Source of the DNA: a virus | Lineage: Duplodnaviria; Heunggongvirae; Uroviricota; Caudoviricetes | Virus record (IMG/VR): IMGVR_UViG_2627854282_000001 | Coordinates: 49,354 to 113,353 of that record | Direction: 5' to 3' (one strand) | Length of the DNA: 64,000 bases | Part shown: positions 52,192 through 61,567 of the stretch, one piece after another | Layout: every line of letters begins with the position of its first letter | Position numbering within the stretch: position 1 is the first letter of the stretch | The notes under the pieces: model-generated | Seen by the model: only the letters and a program-made list of their open reading frames with translations | Databases searched by the model: none | Told to the model about the DNA's origin: nothing | Translations under genes and position numbers: made by a program

Positions 52192-53303
52192 AGTTCACCG
52201 TCGAAGCATCCGCGATTTCCGGGGCCCTGGCCGTCGCCAGCAAGATAGTCGAACGGCGCAACACGATACCTATCCTTTCCAACGCATTCTTCGATGCGAC
52301 CGCCGATCGGCTGCTGATCCGCTGCACGGACCTTGATCTCGAGTTGTCTCTGACGGTGCCCGCGAAGGTCAGCGATGCTGGCCAGACGACCGTGCCGGCC
52401 CATCTTCTCTCCGACATGATGCGCAAGATCCCGGCCGGCGCCGAGGCGAGCTTCGAGATCGACCAGCAGATGGTGGTCAAGGCCGGTCGGTCCAACTTCA
52501 AGATGCATGTGCTGCCGGCGGAAGACTTCCCGGTCATGGGCGGCGCCGACTATAGCCATACCATCGAGATGTCGGGCGAGCAGCTCTACAAGCTCTTTTC
52601 CAGTGTCCAGTTCGCGATCTCGACCGAGGAGACCCGCTACTACCTCAACGGGATATTCTTCCATGCTCGCGCCGGTGATCGCCCGACGCTTCGCGCCGTC
52701 GCCACGGATGGTCATCGCCTCGCCAAGATGGAGATGCCAATGCCCGCGGAGGCTGACGGCATGCCGGCGGTCATCGTTCCGCGCAAAACGGTGGCCGAGA
52801 TCGTCCGCCTCAGCCAGACCTTCGCCGATCAGAAGGTCATCCTGGATGTATCGGATACCAAAATCCGTTTCACGGCTGGACGGAACGTCATCGTCTCGAA
52901 GTTGATCGACGGCACCTATCCCGAATACGATCGGGTCATCCCGGCCGTTGGCAACAAGATTGCCAAGGTTGACGCCAAGACGCTGGCCGTTGCCGCCGAT
53001 CGCGTCGCTACCATCTCGTCGGAGCGCGGCCGCGCCGTTCGATTCCAAGTCACGGCCGGCGATCTGACCTTGTCCGTCATCAACCCGGATGCCGGCGACG
53101 CCCAGGATTCCATCGACATCGACTATGACGCCGAACCGCTCGAGATCGGTTTCAACTCGAAATATCTCCTCGACGCCCTCAATGCGCTGCCTGGCAAGAC
53201 GGCGCGCATCTCCCTGACCGACGCCGGCAGCCCCGCCCGCTTCACCGAAGACTCCGACATGGACGAAACCTTCCTCGTCGTCCTGATGCCGATGAGGATC
53301 TGA
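52188..53303 (+). CDS. dnaN: DNA polymerase III beta sliding-clamp homolog (371 aa)
   Basis: ATG at 52188 overlapping the upstream stop. RRNTIPILSNAFFDA, ISTEETRYYLNGIFF, VATDGHRL, SKLIDGTYPEYDRVIP and C-terminal LVVLMPMRI. Confidence 0.8.
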   Translation: MKFTVEASAISGALAVASKIVERRNTIPILSNAFFDATADRLLIRCTDLDLELSLTVPAKVSDAGQTTVPAHLLSDMMRKIPAGAEASFEIDQQMVVKAGRSNFKMHVLPAEDFPVMGGADYSHTIEMSGEQLYKLFSSVQFAISTEETRYYLNGIFFHARAGDRPTLRAVATDGHRLAKMEMPMPAEADGMPAVIVPRKTVAEIVRLSQTFADQKVILDVSDTKIRFTAGRNVIVSKLIDGTYPEYDRVIPAVGNKIAKVDAKTLAVAADRVATISSERGRAVRFQVTAGDLTLSVINPDAGDAQDSIDIDYDAEPLEIGFNSKYLLDALNALPGKTARISLTDAGSPARFTEDSDMDETFLVVLMPMRI

Positions 53304-53497
53304 TGGAGCGCGACCCGATGCCGGAGGCGGTCAGGGATTGGCTTCGAGCTAACGGCATTGCCTCGCCGGCAATGCTGGGTGCTGGCTGGCAGAAGCTGAA
53401 GCGCGCCCATCTCCCGCGCCTCGGGCCGGGCCCCGCATTGAGCGAAGCCTTCGCCGCCATGATCGAGACAATGATCAAGGAGCGGTCGGATGGATAA
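53303..53497 (+). CDS. hypothetical protein (64 aa)
   Basis: Coupled to the clamp gene stop. Confidence 0.35.
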   Translation: MERDPMPEAVRDWLRANGIASPAMLGAGWQKLKRAHLPRLGPGPALSEAFAAMIETMIKERSDG

Positions 53498-53726
53498 CGC
53501 GCACGCCAAGCTGAAGGATCTCGGCGACCGCATCCAGGCCGCCATGGATCGGCACGGCATCACCATGGCGGAGATCACGGTGCGGCGCTTCCGCAGACGC
53601 GCAAGTGATCTGTTCGACCGCACCGCCAGAAGTCACCGCGACCTCGCGCGCGCCATTGATGAGGCCTGCATCTCGGCGCGCGAGATGTCCGAAGGACTCC
53701 TGAGAATCCAGCGGAGGCGGAAATGA
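53490..53726 (+). CDS. hypothetical protein (78 aa)
   Basis: Overlapping start and stop. Confidence 0.4.
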   Translation: MDNAHAKLKDLGDRIQAAMDRHGITMAEITVRRFRRRASDLFDRTARSHRDLARAIDEACISAREMSEGLLRIQRRRK

Positions 53727-54394
53727 ACCCTAAGCTGATTTTCGCCGATCTAGCTGAGCTTCTACGCCGGCACGGTTTCCAGGCAGGCGAACTGGAAATG
53801 CGCGATGGAAAGGCTGGGCATGTCACCTGGTTCGGTGGCCCCGCCGACGAAGTTCAAATCAAGGTAACGATCACGCCATTGGCTGATGCGGAGAAAATCG
53901 GCCTCACATTGCCCTGCGACGTCCGCCTACCGACCGGCACCACCTTCTCTAAGGGTGTTTCCCTCTCATCGTTCCTGGATGCCGCGCAGCGCCAAGTCGA
54001 TGAAAAATTCCACGATCCGGCGCCGGAAGAGGTGAGGCTCAAACGCGTACGGTGGAACAGCTTCCTGCGTCGGATGAGCCGCGCCGCCGAGCGCGCCGCC
54101 GTGGAAGCGCAGATGATCATGGACGCGTTGCAGCGGGCCGATTTCAGCATGGTGGTGCGGCAGACGATCGCCAAGCTCCCTCATGAGGCCCAGCTCGAGA
54201 TGGCGCAGGATCTGCTTATTCCTTTGGGCATGGTCGCGGTCCGGGATGAATTCGCCTATCCGGATCATGGCGACGAGCCGGCGCCGCAGATCGAGGCTCT
54301 GAGATCGTACGCCACCAGCCTCGGGTACGTTTTGATCCCGAGCGCTCGTGCGGCCGAGATCGACCCAGCCTTGCGGGAGGCCGCCGGTGGTTGA
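53723..54394 (+). CDS. hypothetical protein (223 aa)
   Basis: Protein-like ORF with overlapping ends. Confidence 0.5.
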   Translation: MNPKLIFADLAELLRRHGFQAGELEMRDGKAGHVTWFGGPADEVQIKVTITPLADAEKIGLTLPCDVRLPTGTTFSKGVSLSSFLDAAQRQVDEKFHDPAPEEVRLKRVRWNSFLRRMSRAAERAAVEAQMIMDALQRADFSMVVRQTIAKLPHEAQLEMAQDLLIPLGMVAVRDEFAYPDHGDEPAPQIEALRSYATSLGYVLIPSARAAEIDPALREAAGG

Positions 54395-54743
54395 CCTGGT
54401 TGGAACCTGCCCGAAAAGCTTCTGGCACGAGTGGATCGCCGAAGGTGATCCGGCTGGATCGAAGTGGTCCGGCGAGACGTGGGGATGGTTTACCGGCCAT
54501 TCCCTGATTCAGTCGATTCAGCGCGGCGACCGCTTTTATGTCGTCGCATTTGGGCGCCTTCGCGGATACGCGCCGGTGACGAGCGTCCATCTCAGCCCGA
54601 CCGGGAAGGGCGGCGCGATTCTCCGCCAGGGCGACGCCGTCGCGGTCACGATCAACATGCCAACCCCTGGCTTCCGCGGATTGCGGGAACGCTGGTGGCC
54701 GCGCGAGATCGAAATCCCGTTCCCAAATTGGAGGGTGCCATGA
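54387..54743 (+). CDS. hypothetical protein, possibly PUA-like (EVE/ASCH-like), start uncertain
   Basis: WHEWIAEGDPAGSKWSGETWGWF...GDRFYVVAFGRLRGYAP loosely resembles EVE/PUA-like domains. GTG start overlaps the upstream stop. Confidence 0.35.
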   Translation: MVDLVGTCPKSFWHEWIAEGDPAGSKWSGETWGWFTGHSLIQSIQRGDRFYVVAFGRLRGYAPVTSVHLSPTGKGGAILRQGDAVAVTINMPTPGFRGLRERWWPREIEIPFPNWRVP

Positions 54744-54910
54744 AGCTGCCCTTGCGCGTCTCCGCGACAGAGATTGGCAGCATCGTCGATGCCGACGGCA
54801 TCGAGGTGTGCGTCGTCGACGTCCATCGCGACAGGTCGGACGAAGAGGTCTCCGCGATCGCCAGCATGATCGTCGATGCCGTGAACGCCAAGCAGGAGCA
54901 GCCACGATGA
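54740..54910 (+). CDS. hypothetical protein (56 aa)
   Basis: ATG with GGAGGG SD. Confidence 0.3.
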   Translation: MKLPLRVSATEIGSIVDADGIEVCVVDVHRDRSDEEVSAIASMIVDAVNAKQEQPR

Positions 54911-55200
54911 CGAGTCCATTCGGCCGCTTCACCGACGCAGAGGTCAAGGAGATGCTCCGCGGCGCCGGCAAGCCCGACATCCTGACGGAGGACAACGTCG
55001 CGAGCCTCGGCTTGGAGCGCATTCAGACCCAGCGCGAGAAGGTCATCGCTGCCTACAAGATTGATCCAGACGTCGACGCGATCTTCACCATGCTGCGCGG
55101 AACCGTCCCTAAATCCAGCATCCGGTCCTACCTCTGCCGGGCCTATCCGACAGGCGAATGGCGGGTGCGTAACCGCCGCGGAAGTGGACGAGCCGCATGA
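54907..55200 (+). CDS. hypothetical protein (97 aa)
   Basis: ATG overlapping the upstream stop (ATGA). Confidence 0.4.
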   Translation: MTSPFGRFTDAEVKEMLRGAGKPDILTEDNVASLGLERIQTQREKVIAAYKIDPDVDAIFTMLRGTVPKSSIRSYLCRAYPTGEWRVRNRRGSGRAA

Positions 55201-55871
55201 CGGACAGGCCAATTTTATTTTCCGGACCGATGGTCCGCGCGATGCTCGCCAGCACGAAAACGCAAACCAGGCGCGTCCTCAATCCGCAGCCCGAACACCT
55301 TCAGGTCTACGACTGGAAGGGAAAGCGGCTGCACGACAGCGAATATCGTCACTGGTGCTGGAAGGGGCACGTCGGCGCCGACAACTGGGACGACATCACG
55401 AAGCAGCTGGCGCCGTTCCTGCCCTTCGCCGCCGGTGATCGGCTTTACGTCCGCGAGGAGTTCAGCGGCGACTGGCAATTCACGGGATTACCGCCAAGCG
55501 AATGGGGCAAAGATTCCCCAATCTGGTACTGGGCCGACGGCAATCCGACCGATGGCGACTGGACGAAGCCGAAGCCCGGCATGCACATGCCACGCTGGGC
55601 ATCTCGCCTCACGCTGACCGTCACCGATGTTCGGGTGCAGCGCCTTCAAGACATCAACGAGGTCGATGCATGGGCTGAAGGCGTCCAAGACTGCGGTGAG
55701 ATAGACGGCGGCAGACAAATCTCAGGCTACGGCAAGGCCCTCTACGCGAGTCTTTGGAACAGTCTCAACGCCGACCGCGCCGGCGGCGCCTACGCCTGGA
55801 AGGCGAATCCTTGGGTAGTCGCGGTGAGCTTCTCCGTCATCCACCAGAACATCGACCAGGTGGCGGCGTGA
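55197..55871 (+). CDS. ASCH-domain protein (224 aa)
   Basis: ILFSGPMVRAMLASTKTQTRRV matches the ASCH/PUA-like signature (ILxGxKTxxxR). Confidence 0.55.
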   Translation: MTDRPILFSGPMVRAMLASTKTQTRRVLNPQPEHLQVYDWKGKRLHDSEYRHWCWKGHVGADNWDDITKQLAPFLPFAAGDRLYVREEFSGDWQFTGLPPSEWGKDSPIWYWADGNPTDGDWTKPKPGMHMPRWASRLTLTVTDVRVQRLQDINEVDAWAEGVQDCGEIDGGRQISGYGKALYASLWNSLNADRAGGAYAWKANPWVVAVSFSVIHQNIDQVAA

Positions 55872-56203
55872 TGTCCAAGCATCCCGAGATCGATTTGCAG
55901 GTTGCCGAGAAAATGTGGGGCCGGCACCCCTACACCTGGCCGCGCCCGCCGCAGCGGCGACCGCGCTGGTGGCAGTTCCGTGAACGTCGAAACCTCGCCC
56001 GCCTCGAGGCGATGTTCGACCATCTGAGCGATGAAGCGCTCGGCCGATACTACCAGCAAGTCCGCCTCGGTCAGTCCGTCTATGAGGACGCCGGCGGCTA
56101 TCTTCTTCGCTGCTATCGAGCGATGCTTGGTCTGCCGGTTGAGCTCCCCACATCTGAGGCCGACGTCATAGAAGGGCTGCTTCGGCAGGCTGGGCAGCGC
56201 TGA
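55871..56203 (+). CDS. hypothetical protein (110 aa)
   Basis: ATG overlapping the upstream stop (MSKHPEIDLQVAEKMWGRHPYTWPRPP...). Confidence 0.4.
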   Translation: MSKHPEIDLQVAEKMWGRHPYTWPRPPQRRPRWWQFRERRNLARLEAMFDHLSDEALGRYYQQVRLGQSVYEDAGGYLLRCYRAMLGLPVELPTSEADVIEGLLRQAGQR

Positions 56204-56535
56204 TGAGCGATCGCATCCCCTGCATCAACCCACGTTGCCGGCGCACCGCTGCCCGGGACAAGTTTCCTGACAGCAAGGAGATCATCTGCGGGAAATGCTT
56301 CCGGGCGCTGCCATTGGCCTTTCGCCAGGAGCATCGCCATTGCTGGCGGGAGATCAACAAATGGGAGAAGCGGATCCTGAGGGCGGCTGATCCGCTGAAG
56401 GCGCAGCGGATGCGCGCGATCTGCAACCGGTGGGACGAGCGTCTCAACGCCGGCTGGGTCGAGATGCGCAAGGCGATCATGCAGCCGGAGAAGCCGGTAG
56501 GCCTCGATAGCTTCCTCGAGGAGATGCGGCTTTGA
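56203..56535 (+). CDS. zinc-finger hypothetical protein (110 aa)
   Basis: CINPRCRR...CGKCF...HRHC pattern. Confidence 0.45.
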   Translation: MSDRIPCINPRCRRTAARDKFPDSKEIICGKCFRALPLAFRQEHRHCWREINKWEKRILRAADPLKAQRMRAICNRWDERLNAGWVEMRKAIMQPEKPVGLDSFLEEMRL

Positions 56536-56753
56536 GAACGCTCCCGGAATGGGTCAAGCCGGGAACGGCTTTCATTTATCAGTTCGGGCCTGACAATCAC
56601 AACAACGGCCGCAAATTTCATATCCGTGGCATCGTCGACGACAGGGCGGTGATCCGTGAATGGTGGCGGCATAAGCGCCGCTGGAACTACACGGTCGAAG
56701 ACTGGATTTATTTCAATGCCTTCGCCCCTCACATCAAGGTGGTGCGCCGATGA
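56532..56753 (+). CDS. hypothetical protein (73 aa)
   Basis: Coupled small ORF. Confidence 0.4.
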   Translation: MRTLPEWVKPGTAFIYQFGPDNHNNGRKFHIRGIVDDRAVIREWWRHKRRWNYTVEDWIYFNAFAPHIKVVRR

Positions 56754-57427
56754 GGAATCTCAGTGCGCCCACCGTATTGTTCCTCGATGTCGAGACCAGC
56801 GGGCTCTATCGCAAGGATCTCTCGATCGACGATCCCGCTCAGCCTTGGGCGCAGGAGATCGCCGCGGCGCTCTGCAACGACGCCGGCGCCATGATCAACT
56901 TCTTCCGCTTCATCATCAAAGCGGAAGGGCGCACCGCGAAGGAAGGCGCCGTGAAGGTGCACGGCATCACCGCCCTCGCCTCGTCGCAGATCGGCATACC
57001 GGAGCCCCGAGTCCTGGGCGCGCTGACCGACATGCTCAAGACGGCACCGATGGATGTCGCGCTGCGTGTCGTCACCTTCGGCGACTTCGATGGCAAAATC
57101 CTTTCAAGTCTCTTTGCCCGGTTCGCGCTCAGCCAGAACAAGCCATCGAACGCGTTCGACCGGCTGTTCCTGCGGCGTCCCTATATCGAGTTCGTCAACC
57201 TGCAGCATCCCCATTGCCAGCAGGCCTGCAAGCTGCCGAGCGAATTCGAGGATGGCGGGGATTTCAAATGGCCGTCGCTCGACGAGGCCTGCGCGATCAT
57301 GCTCGGCATGCCGCCGCGCGAAGGCCTGCATGACGCTTGGGACGACACGCTGCGGCTGAAGGCACTCTACTTTGAGTGCGTCAGGCGCGGCTATTTCGCT
57401 GACGGAGCAGTTCCGGCAGCCAGGTGA
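56750..57427 (+). CDS. DEDD-family 3-prime-5-prime exonuclease (225 aa)
   Basis: VLFLDVETSGL (Exo I), VHGITA, and a C-terminal H/D motif; DnaQ/RNase T-like. Confidence 0.65.
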   Translation: MRNLSAPTVLFLDVETSGLYRKDLSIDDPAQPWAQEIAAALCNDAGAMINFFRFIIKAEGRTAKEGAVKVHGITALASSQIGIPEPRVLGALTDMLKTAPMDVALRVVTFGDFDGKILSSLFARFALSQNKPSNAFDRLFLRRPYIEFVNLQHPHCQQACKLPSEFEDGGDFKWPSLDEACAIMLGMPPREGLHDAWDDTLRLKALYFECVRRGYFADGAVPAAR

Positions 57428-57560
57428 AATCTGAAAGTCTCGGCGCTGAGTATAGGCAGCGACCGAGCAAGCCATGGGTTTGAGCGCTGGGCTCACACGG
57501 AGCGCTCCCCATGGCCGTCTTTGCAGCGCCGATGATCGGCAAGGAGAAAGGAGACTGAAC

Positions 57561-58013
57561 ATGGAAAAGGCTACACATTCGCCAGAACTGACAGCATCGC
57601 TTCTTGATGCGACGGCCAAGATCGCATGCGCTTCGGCCGACGGACTGCGCATCCATACCAAGATCGAGGAAGCGATGCCGACGTTTATCAAGACGGTCTA
57701 TGCCGCGCTATCTGAAGCCGTCGGTGGCGCCATCGCGGCCGCCAAGGAAGAACCCAAGGCACCGGCGGTCAATCCGAAGCGATCGGTCTTCCCGGAGCAC
57801 ATCATCTGCCTGGAGGACGGCAAGAAGTTCAAGTCTCTGAAGCGGCATCTCAGCACCGAGTATGGGCTCACGCCGGACGAATATCGCGCCAAATGGGGCT
57901 TGCCGGCGAACTACCCGATGGTGGCACCGAACTATGCTGCCACGCGATCGCAGTTGGCGAAGGCATCCGGCCTCGGCAGGAAGCCGGCAGCCGCAGGAAA
58001 GCGGGAGGCCTGA
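57561..58013 (+). CDS. MucR/Ros-family transcriptional regulator (150 aa)
   Basis: FPEHIICLEDGKKFKSLKRHLSTEYGLTPDEYRAKWGLPANYPMVAPNYAATRSQLAKASGLGRK closely parallels the Ros/MucR DNA-binding domain. Confidence 0.8.
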   Translation: MEKATHSPELTASLLDATAKIACASADGLRIHTKIEEAMPTFIKTVYAALSEAVGGAIAAAKEEPKAPAVNPKRSVFPEHIICLEDGKKFKSLKRHLSTEYGLTPDEYRAKWGLPANYPMVAPNYAATRSQLAKASGLGRKPAAAGKREA

Positions 58014-58080
58014 GCAAACCGAAACTGCTTCGCCCGGCGCCAAGCGCGCCGGGCCGCCACTCGAACTGAAAGGCAGATGC

Positions 58081-59832
58081 ATGGCCGAACTGATCCCGAG
58101 CAGCGCACTGGAAAGCCATGTCGGCATCCTCGGCAAGACCGGTTCCGGCAAGTCGAACGCGGCCAAGACGCTTGCGGAGCGGCTGATGTCCGCCGGCGCG
58201 CGCGTCTGCATGATCGATCCGACTGGCACATGGTGGGGTATCCGCCTCAGCGCCGACGGCAAGCGCCGCTCCGGCTTCGAGCCAGTGATTTTCGGCGGCG
58301 AGCGCGCCGACGTCCAGATCATGCCGGAACACGGCGCCGCCATCGGAGAAGCGATTGCTACATCTTCCGGCTCCGCCATCATTGACCTTCGCAGCATGGG
58401 CTCTGGCGGCAAGGCGAAATTCTTCATCGGATTCGCGGAAAAGCTTATGGCGACCAACCAGGGGCCGCTGCATCTGATTCTCGATGAGGCGCATATTTTC
58501 GCGCCCAAGGGCAAGGTGTCGACGCCGCAGGCCGGCGAGATGCTGGCGCGCACCAACGATCTCGTCAGCCTCGGCCGCGGGCTCGGGCTACGCATCATCA
58601 TGATCACCCAGCGGCCGGCAAAATTGCACAACGATTCGTTGAGCCAAATCGAGACCATGATCGCGATGCGGCTGATCGCGCCGCACGATCGCCGCGCCAT
58701 CGAGGACTGGATCAAGGAGACCGCCGACCTCGAAAAGGGGAAACAGATCACGGCGTCGCTTTCCAGTCTTCCGGTCGGCGATGCCTGGGTCTGGGCGCCC
58801 GAACTCGACATCCTTGAGCGCATCCACTTCCCGCTGGCTTCGACCTATGACAGCGGTTCGCTGAAGGCCGGAGCGGCGCCGGCACTCACCGCGATCGACA
58901 CCGCTGCCATTGCGGCGCGACTCGAGCAAATCCGGGCCGATGTCTTCGCCAACGATCCCGCCAAGCTGAAGGCCAAGATCGCCGAGCTGCAACGGGAACT
59001 CGCCTCAAAATCGACGGCAAAAATTATCGCGGCGCCTACCGCCGACATCGAGGCCGCCGAGAAGCGTGGCTATCTGCGCGGGCACGACGACGGCTTCAAG
59101 GCCGGTCGACTGCTCGGCTATAGCCAGGCTTCGCGAACGCAACTGCTGCGCATCGCAGAAGGGCTCAGAGGCGCCGCCATGCTCACGCAAGCAGCAGATG
59201 CCTTTGAGGTGGCTGCCGAAACCATCAAAGCTATTCAGATCGAGGAAGAGCCGGCGTCGGCCGCCATCGTCGCGATGCGGCCGCTTTCGGAAGAAGCGAA
59301 GGAGGCCCTCCGGGATAGGTCAAGAGCGCTCGCAGTAAACCCGATTCCCGAAAAGCCAGTCTCGGGTCAAGCGGGTTACGATTTCTCGCGCTCCGAAATG
59401 AAGGTCCTGCGCGCCATCGCCATGTGGCGCAGTCTCGGCCACGACACCCCGACCAAGATCATGGTCGCCGGCGCCGCCGGATACAGCGCGGGGTCTGGCA
59501 ACTTTGCCAATCTCCTCAGCAAACTGAAGACCGCCGGCGCCATCGAATATCCGAGCCCCGGTGCCGTCCGGCTCCTCGCCGACATCATCCCGATGAGCTT
59601 CGACGAGGCGCGCGATTCGATGCTATCGCTGATGAACGCACCACAGCGCAAGCTCTTCGATGCGCTGGTCCCGGGCGAGCTCTCCAAGGTCGAACTTGCG
59701 GCACGCACCGACTACTCGGCCGGCAGCGGCAACTTCGCGAACCTCCTGAGCAAGCTGCGGTCGCTGCAGATCGTCGATTACCCGCAGCGCGGCCAGGTCG
59801 TCTTGCAGCCTTGGGTCCACCAAATCCTGTGA
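58081..59832 (+). CDS. HerA/FtsK-superfamily P-loop ATPase with two C-terminal wHTH-like repeats (583 aa)
   Basis: GILGKTGSGKSNAAKTL...VCMIDPTGTWWG (Walker A, DUF87/HerA-like) and LILDEAH (Walker B). C-terminal tandem repeats each contain YSAGSGNFANLLSKL. Confidence 0.65.
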   Translation: MAELIPSSALESHVGILGKTGSGKSNAAKTLAERLMSAGARVCMIDPTGTWWGIRLSADGKRRSGFEPVIFGGERADVQIMPEHGAAIGEAIATSSGSAIIDLRSMGSGGKAKFFIGFAEKLMATNQGPLHLILDEAHIFAPKGKVSTPQAGEMLARTNDLVSLGRGLGLRIIMITQRPAKLHNDSLSQIETMIAMRLIAPHDRRAIEDWIKETADLEKGKQITASLSSLPVGDAWVWAPELDILERIHFPLASTYDSGSLKAGAAPALTAIDTAAIAARLEQIRADVFANDPAKLKAKIAELQRELASKSTAKIIAAPTADIEAAEKRGYLRGHDDGFKAGRLLGYSQASRTQLLRIAEGLRGAAMLTQAADAFEVAAETIKAIQIEEEPASAAIVAMRPLSEEAKEALRDRSRALAVNPIPEKPVSGQAGYDFSRSEMKVLRAIAMWRSLGHDTPTKIMVAGAAGYSAGSGNFANLLSKLKTAGAIEYPSPGAVRLLADIIPMSFDEARDSMLSLMNAPQRKLFDALVPGELSKVELAARTDYSAGSGNFANLLSKLRSLQIVDYPQRGQVVLQPWVHQIL

Positions 59833-59840
59833 GGAGCGGC

Positions 59841-60041
59841 ATGAGCCAACATCGAGACGAACCGACGAAGGAGGACATCGTGAACGCGGTCCTGCAGGAC
59901 GACGCCTTTCGAAAAGCGATCGGCGACAGCGACCGCGCCGCGCTGATCGCTGATGCCGCGGTCACCGCCGCCCTCGCTTACGTCGGCCTCTTCGCTCTGG
60001 TCGAGGAGATCCAGCAGCACGAGGTCGCCGGCCATGGGTGA
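59841..60041 (+). CDS. hypothetical protein (66 aa)
   Basis: ATG 9 nt after the ATPase stop. Confidence 0.35.
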   Translation: MSQHRDEPTKEDIVNAVLQDDAFRKAIGDSDRAALIADAAVTAALAYVGLFALVEEIQQHEVAGHG

Positions 60042-60360
60042 CAAGCTCAACACCATCTGGAAATTCAAGCTGTCCCACGAGGCGGCGCAAAGCATCAAGG
60101 TGCCGCGCGAGTACAGCTTCCTCTCCATCGGCTTGGACCGAGACGATCACCGCTGCATCTGGCTGATGGTGAACGCCGACGCGCCGCCCGTGCAGCTGGA
60201 AATCATCAAGGTAGCGACCGGTGACAGGCCGGTGCCCCATCTCGGCGACTATCTCGGGACAATCAGCCAAGACGGCAACATCTGGCACTACTTCACTGGG
60301 CCTGGCCACGCCGGCAACACCCGCACGAGCTTCCACTACCATACGAGGAGCAACGGATGA
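60034..60360 (+). CDS. hypothetical protein (108 aa)
   Basis: ATG overlapping the upstream stop; protein-like. Confidence 0.45.
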   Translation: MGDKLNTIWKFKLSHEAAQSIKVPREYSFLSIGLDRDDHRCIWLMVNADAPPVQLEIIKVATGDRPVPHLGDYLGTISQDGNIWHYFTGPGHAGNTRTSFHYHTRSNG

Positions 60361-61169
60361 CGCTCAATCCCGACGGTGTCAGCGTAAAGGGCTGCTCCAT
60401 CATCTATGCGCCAGCGGGTCAGGCCGGCGAGTATGCGCCCCTCGCCACCAATCCCTATCGCGGTTGCGGTCACGGCTGCGCCTATTGCTATGTGCCGCTG
60501 GTGACGAAGCAGCCGCGGCCGGAGTTCGATGCTGGCGCGGTGCCGCGCGCCGACTTCATCAAGCGCCTGATGGCGGATTGCCGCAAATACAACGAAGCCG
60601 GGATCACCGAGCAGGTGATGCTCTCCTTCACAACCGATCCGTATCACACAGGCGATTGCAGTTTGACGGGGCATACCCTTGAACTTCTGGCCTGCTATGG
60701 CCTTGCATTCTGCACTCTCACCAAGGGTGGAACGCGGGCGCTCCAGCATATCCAGATGTTCCGGCCGGAACGCGATGCCTTCGCCTCGACGCTCACGAGC
60801 CTAGACGAGCGGTTTTCCAGGAAATGGGAGCGCAATGCGGCCGACCCAGCCGATCGGATCCTGGCGCTGCGCAAGTTCCATGAGGCCGGCATCTTCACCT
60901 GGATCAGCCTCGAACCGACGCTGGACGTCGATGCCTCGCTCGGCATCATCGATGCGACCTATGAGTTCGTCGATCTCTACAAGGTCGGCCGCGCCAACTA
61001 CCTCAAGGAGATCACGCGCACCACGGACTGGAACGACTATACCCAGCGCGTGATCGAGAAGCTCCATCGGCACGGCAAGCGGCATTATATAAAGCGCGAC
61101 CTCCAGCCCTATCTCCCGCACGGCTATCCGAACCCGCTGCGCGTCGCCCAGAACCACGGAGATCGCTGA
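60357..61169 (+). CDS. radical-SAM protein, SPL/COG1533 (DNA-repair photolyase-like) family (270 aa)
   Basis: NPYRGCGHGCAYCYV is the CxxxCxxC radical-SAM cluster motif in SplB-like context. Confidence 0.6.
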   Translation: MTLNPDGVSVKGCSIIYAPAGQAGEYAPLATNPYRGCGHGCAYCYVPLVTKQPRPEFDAGAVPRADFIKRLMADCRKYNEAGITEQVMLSFTTDPYHTGDCSLTGHTLELLACYGLAFCTLTKGGTRALQHIQMFRPERDAFASTLTSLDERFSRKWERNAADPADRILALRKFHEAGIFTWISLEPTLDVDASLGIIDATYEFVDLYKVGRANYLKEITRTTDWNDYTQRVIEKLHRHGKRHYIKRDLQPYLPHGYPNPLRVAQNHGDR

Positions 61170-61567
61170 TGCCCATCACCAACCAGCAGCGGCGTGTCCT
61201 GAAACAGATGCTCGAGAAGGAACGCGAGGGCATCGAGCGCGGTCACCGCCAGCATGGCGTCGAGGTGCCAGAACAGATCGTCAAGGCGATCATCGCTGAG
61301 AATTTCGTCCGCGCCTCGCTTGAAGTGGTGGTCGAGGAACTGATCCCGTTCAACCTGCGCTTCATCGGGGAACTTGCGATTAGGATATCGTCGCTGGTCA
61401 TCAGCGCGGCGCCGATCGAAAAGCAGGAAGAGCTGATTGCGATAGTGGGGCAGAGCCTCAAGGCCGCGCACTTCCCGCGCGTCGCCGATGGTCAGGTCAT
61501 CAGGACCAAATGGGAAACCGCCGGCCGCATGCAGCCTAACGTCGCCACCGGCAACGAGGTGAACTGA
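61169..61567 (+). CDS. hypothetical protein (132 aa)
   Basis: Coupled ORF. Confidence 0.45.
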   Translation: MPITNQQRRVLKQMLEKEREGIERGHRQHGVEVPEQIVKAIIAENFVRASLEVVVEELIPFNLRFIGELAIRISSLVISAAPIEKQEELIAIVGQSLKAAHFPRVADGQVIRTKWETAGRMQPNVATGNEVN

